Shown piece after piece: positions 54,246 to 56,799 of a stretch of 56,799 nucleotides of DNA. The stretch's first letter is position 1; every line of letters starts with the position of its first letter. Origin of the DNA: Candidatus Kaiserbacteria bacterium RIFCSPHIGHO2_02_FULL_49_34 (GTDB lineage: Bacteria > Patescibacteriota > Minisyncoccia > Phycocordibacterales > UBA918); NCBI GenBank assembly GCA_001781205.1, contig MFLE01000018.1, positions 1-56,799 on the forward strand. The letters run 5' to 3'. A program made the position numbers and the translations under genes. Below the pieces are notes generated by a model. That model was not told the DNA's origin, ran no database searches, and saw nothing but the letters and a program-made list of their open reading frames with translations.

Positions 54246-55517
54246 ATGTTATTTGACATTAAAGCAATTAGTGCGGCAATAGACGCATTTGAAGAGGAAA
54301 AGGGTATTGACCGCACAACGATGATTTCTGCTATCGAAGCAGCGCTCGGCACCGCCTACAAGCGCGAGTACGGCAAGAAGGGGCAAATCGTTCGTGCACA
54401 TCTCGATATGGCAACGGGTGCAACAAAGTTCGAGCAGATTAAAACCGTCGTTGACGAATCAACCGTACGTATGGATGAAGAAGAGGAAGTGGAACTCCCC
54501 GCACACCTTCAAGGCGACCGTCCGCGCTTCGACCGTAACGAAGAAGTTGTTGAATACAACGAAGACGGCACGCTTAAAATTCCGCGCTACGAGCCAGAGC
54601 GTCATCTCCTTATCCAAGCGGCGAAGCTTATTAAGAAGAACGTGCAGCTCGGCGACGAACTCGTCTTTCCACTTGATGCACCTGATGAAGATTTTGGGCG
54701 CATCGCCGCACAGGCAGCGAAGCAGGTTGTCTTCCAGAAGGTGCGCGAAGCAGAGCGAGGCATCGCACTCAAGGAATTCGCAACCAAAGAAGGCGAAATC
54801 ATTGTTGGGCAAGTACAGCGTTTCGAACGCGGCAATCTCTATATTGAGCTCGGCCGTACCGTGGCAATTATGCCCTATGCAGAACAGATTCCTGGCGAAC
54901 GTTACAAGACCGGCGACCGCATTACTGCGCTCGTAGTTTCGGTTGAAGAAACGCCGCGTGGCATCTCGATTAAACTTTCTCGTGCACATCCAGACTTCCT
55001 TGTGAAGCTCTTCATGCGCGAAGTGCCAGAAATCGCCTCAGGCGAAGTTGTGGTCAAAGCAATCGCACGCGAAGCAGGGCAGCGATCAAAGATTGCCGTG
55101 GCGTCTGAAGACCCCGGACTCGACCCCGTCGGTGCACTTATTGGTCAGCGTGGCGTCCGCGTTTCTGCGGTAACTGGTGAACTCTCGGGCGAACGCGTCG
55201 ATGTTATTGAATGGATGGAAGACCCAATCGACATGATCGAAGCAGCGCTTTCACCAGCACGCATCGAAGACATCGAAATCCTCGAAGAAAACGAAGAAGG
55301 CTCCGTTATCCGTGGACATGCACGCGTTACGGTTGCTCCCGACCAACAGTCACTCGCCATTGGTCGTGCGGGGCAAAACGTCCGCCTCGCCGCAAAACTT
55401 ATCAACTGGAAAATCGACATCGAAGCATCAAAGAAAGAAGAGGAGGAAGATGAAGAAGAAAAACCTGAAGACGATATGGAAGAAATGATCGAAGACATCG
55501 TCGACGGCAAGGAATAA
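54246..55517 (+). CDS. nusA: Transcription termination/antitermination factor NusA
   Basis: FGRIAAQAAKQV, EVPEI, AREAGQRSKIAV, SLAIGRAGQNVRLA motifs; acidic tail. Confidence 0.96.
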   Translation: MLFDIKAISAAIDAFEEEKGIDRTTMISAIEAALGTAYKREYGKKGQIVRAHLDMATGATKFEQIKTVVDESTVRMDEEEEVELPAHLQGDRPRFDRNEEVVEYNEDGTLKIPRYEPERHLLIQAAKLIKKNVQLGDELVFPLDAPDEDFGRIAAQAAKQVVFQKVREAERGIALKEFATKEGEIIVGQVQRFERGNLYIELGRTVAIMPYAEQIPGERYKTGDRITALVVSVEETPRGISIKLSRAHPDFLVKLFMREVPEIASGEVVVKAIAREAGQRSKIAVASEDPGLDPVGALIGQRGVRVSAVTGELSGERVDVIEWMEDPIDMIEAALSPARIEDIEILEENEEGSVIRGHARVTVAPDQQSLAIGRAGQNVRLAAKLINWKIDIEASKKEEEEDEEEKPEDDMEEMIEDIVDGKE

Positions 55518-55546
55518 AAACATTCTCAGTAACTAAGTAACTAACC

Positions 55547-56062
55547 ATGAATCTCTTACACGATATCCCAGCGGGAACCGCTGATGAAATGAACGTTGTC
55601 ATTGAAATTCCAAAGTTCTCAAAGAACAAGTACGAAATTGACAAAGCAACCGGCATGATTGCACTCGACCGCGTAATGCACTCAGCGCAGGATTATCCGT
55701 TTGACTACGGCTTCGTGCCACAGACACACTGGCATGATGGCGACGCACTCGATGTGGTGGTGCTCACCACATACCCGCTTCATCCCGGCATCCTCGTCCG
55801 TGTCCGTCCTGTTGCAATTATGGACATGATTGACGGCGGCGAAAATGACAACAAAGTCATTGCAGTCCCGCTCGACGACCCACGTTTCGACGGTGTAAAG
55901 GATCTCACCGACGTGAACCCGCACACCCTCAAAGAAATCGAACACTTTTTTGCAACCTACAAAAAGGTTCAGAACAAGTCCGTTGAGGTCGGCGGCTTCC
56001 GCAATGCAGAAGCAGCAAAAGAAGCCTTCGCAGAAGCAGTGGCGCTCTACAGCACAAAATAG
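55547..56062 (+). CDS. ppa: Family I inorganic pyrophosphatase
   Basis: EIPK, KYE, YPFDYG, DGDALDV, FFATYK motifs. Confidence 0.95.
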   Translation: MNLLHDIPAGTADEMNVVIEIPKFSKNKYEIDKATGMIALDRVMHSAQDYPFDYGFVPQTHWHDGDALDVVVLTTYPLHPGILVRVRPVAIMDMIDGGENDNKVIAVPLDDPRFDGVKDLTDVNPHTLKEIEHFFATYKKVQNKSVEVGGFRNAEAAKEAFAEAVALYSTK

Positions 56063-56067
56063 CAAAC

Positions 56068-56101
56068 CAAAACTCCGCATATATTTGTATGTGGAGTTTT
56101 G
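56068..56101 (+). terminator. Intrinsic terminator
   Basis: CAAAACTCCGCATA-loop-TATGTGGAGTTTTG. Confidence 0.75.
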
Positions 56102-56175
56102 TATTGCCGACGTGTTTGAAAAACGTCCACAGCCATATACTTGGTGTTTTTATAGTGTCGACATATAATACCCTC

Positions 56176-56799
56176 ATGAAAAATACCCAAGTATTTACAG
56201 CACTCGTCGCAATCGCTTTCATTCTCATTGTAGGCCTCGTCCTCCGCTACACAGGAGCAGCCGACGTCACCACCACCGCAGAAATCCAAAACGAACCACC
56301 AACCATCAACACACTCCGCTTCGCCACGACCGCATTTGACGCGGACGACCTCACTTCAACCGGCATCCTCCCCAGCGTAGGCAACACCCGCACCATCCAC
56401 ATAAACGGCCTCATCGAAGACAACAACGGAAAAACAGACATAGCAAGCTCAACAATCTCCCTCACCTTCTTCCGTACTACAAAAGGAAACACCTGTACCA
56501 CCGACCAAAACGACTGCTACCGTACCACTACCTGTACCTTCGACTACTCCCTCCTAAGCGAAACAGAACTCGCATACAACTGCCCCCTTGACCTTTCATA
56601 CTACATAGACGCAACAGACCCAGCAGGAGCATACGCTGACGACAACTGGACCGCAGAACTCACCATAGCTGACCAGGCAGGTTCACCCGCAACACTCGAA
56701 GCAACAATAGAAGTAAACTCTCTTCTTGCACTGAACCTCCCTGATGGTATTGACTACGGTACCCGCTCTCTCGGTGAACAATCAAGTAGTACTACCAAC
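56176..56799 (+). CDS. Secreted hypothetical protein, 3'-truncated by window edge (absent from ORF track)
   Basis: Open frame from ATG 56176 (6 nt after TATAAT) to the window end: MKNTQVFTALVAIAFILIVGLVLR...; paralogous to the N-domain of 31716-33137. Confidence 0.8.
   Translation, partial: MKNTQVFTALVAIAFILIVGLVLRYTGAADVTTTAEIQNEPPTINTLRFATTAFDADDLTSTGILPSVGNTRTIHINGLIEDNNGKTDIASSTISLTFFRTTKGNTCTTDQNDCYRTTTCTFDYSLLSETELAYNCPLDLSYYIDATDPAGAYADDNWTAELTIADQAGSPATLEATIEVNSLLALNLPDGIDYGTRSLGEQSSSTTN

Overview
Chromosomal segment of a small-genome bacterium, most likely Patescibacteria/CPR of the Parcubacteria type. This is an inference from the shortened DnaX and YebC, DUF2914 and O-antigen-ligase/TPR genes, a solitary TraG-like ATPase, type IV pilin genes, an S74-chaperone surface protein and a domain-inserted IleRS. 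TGA is used as a stop codon, so standard code 11 applies. The backbone is housekeeping: mreB, murB, dnaX, yebC, ruvB, ruvC, ruvX, dprA, infC-rpmI-rplT, gap, map, hisS, ileS, pilM, nusA, ppa and four tRNAs (partial Ala-TGC, Met-CAT, Phe-GAA, Arg-TCT). There are two accessory cassettes: a GT2/polysaccharide deacetylase/beta-barrel operon, and an AT-rich chorismatase-like plus PRTase-propeller island next to tRNA-Arg. The most unusual signals are non-coding. (1) The ileS 5' leader has two stem-loops whose 7-nt loops copy the tRNA-Ile anticodon loop (CU-GAU-NN), resembling the thrS operator. (2) The same structured element follows both tRNA-Ala and tRNA-Phe, each time bracketed by an inverted and a direct copy of that tRNA's own 3' end, broken at the T-loop. 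(3) There are tandem degenerate tRNA-Met copies and a D-loop-interrupted tRNA-Phe 5' copy. (4) Several dispersed palindromic element families occur, one apparently in frame inside pilM. (5) Leaderless-type promoters are pervasive. No integrase, transposase, CRISPR array or rRNA was seen. All product calls come from motif recognition, not database searches.
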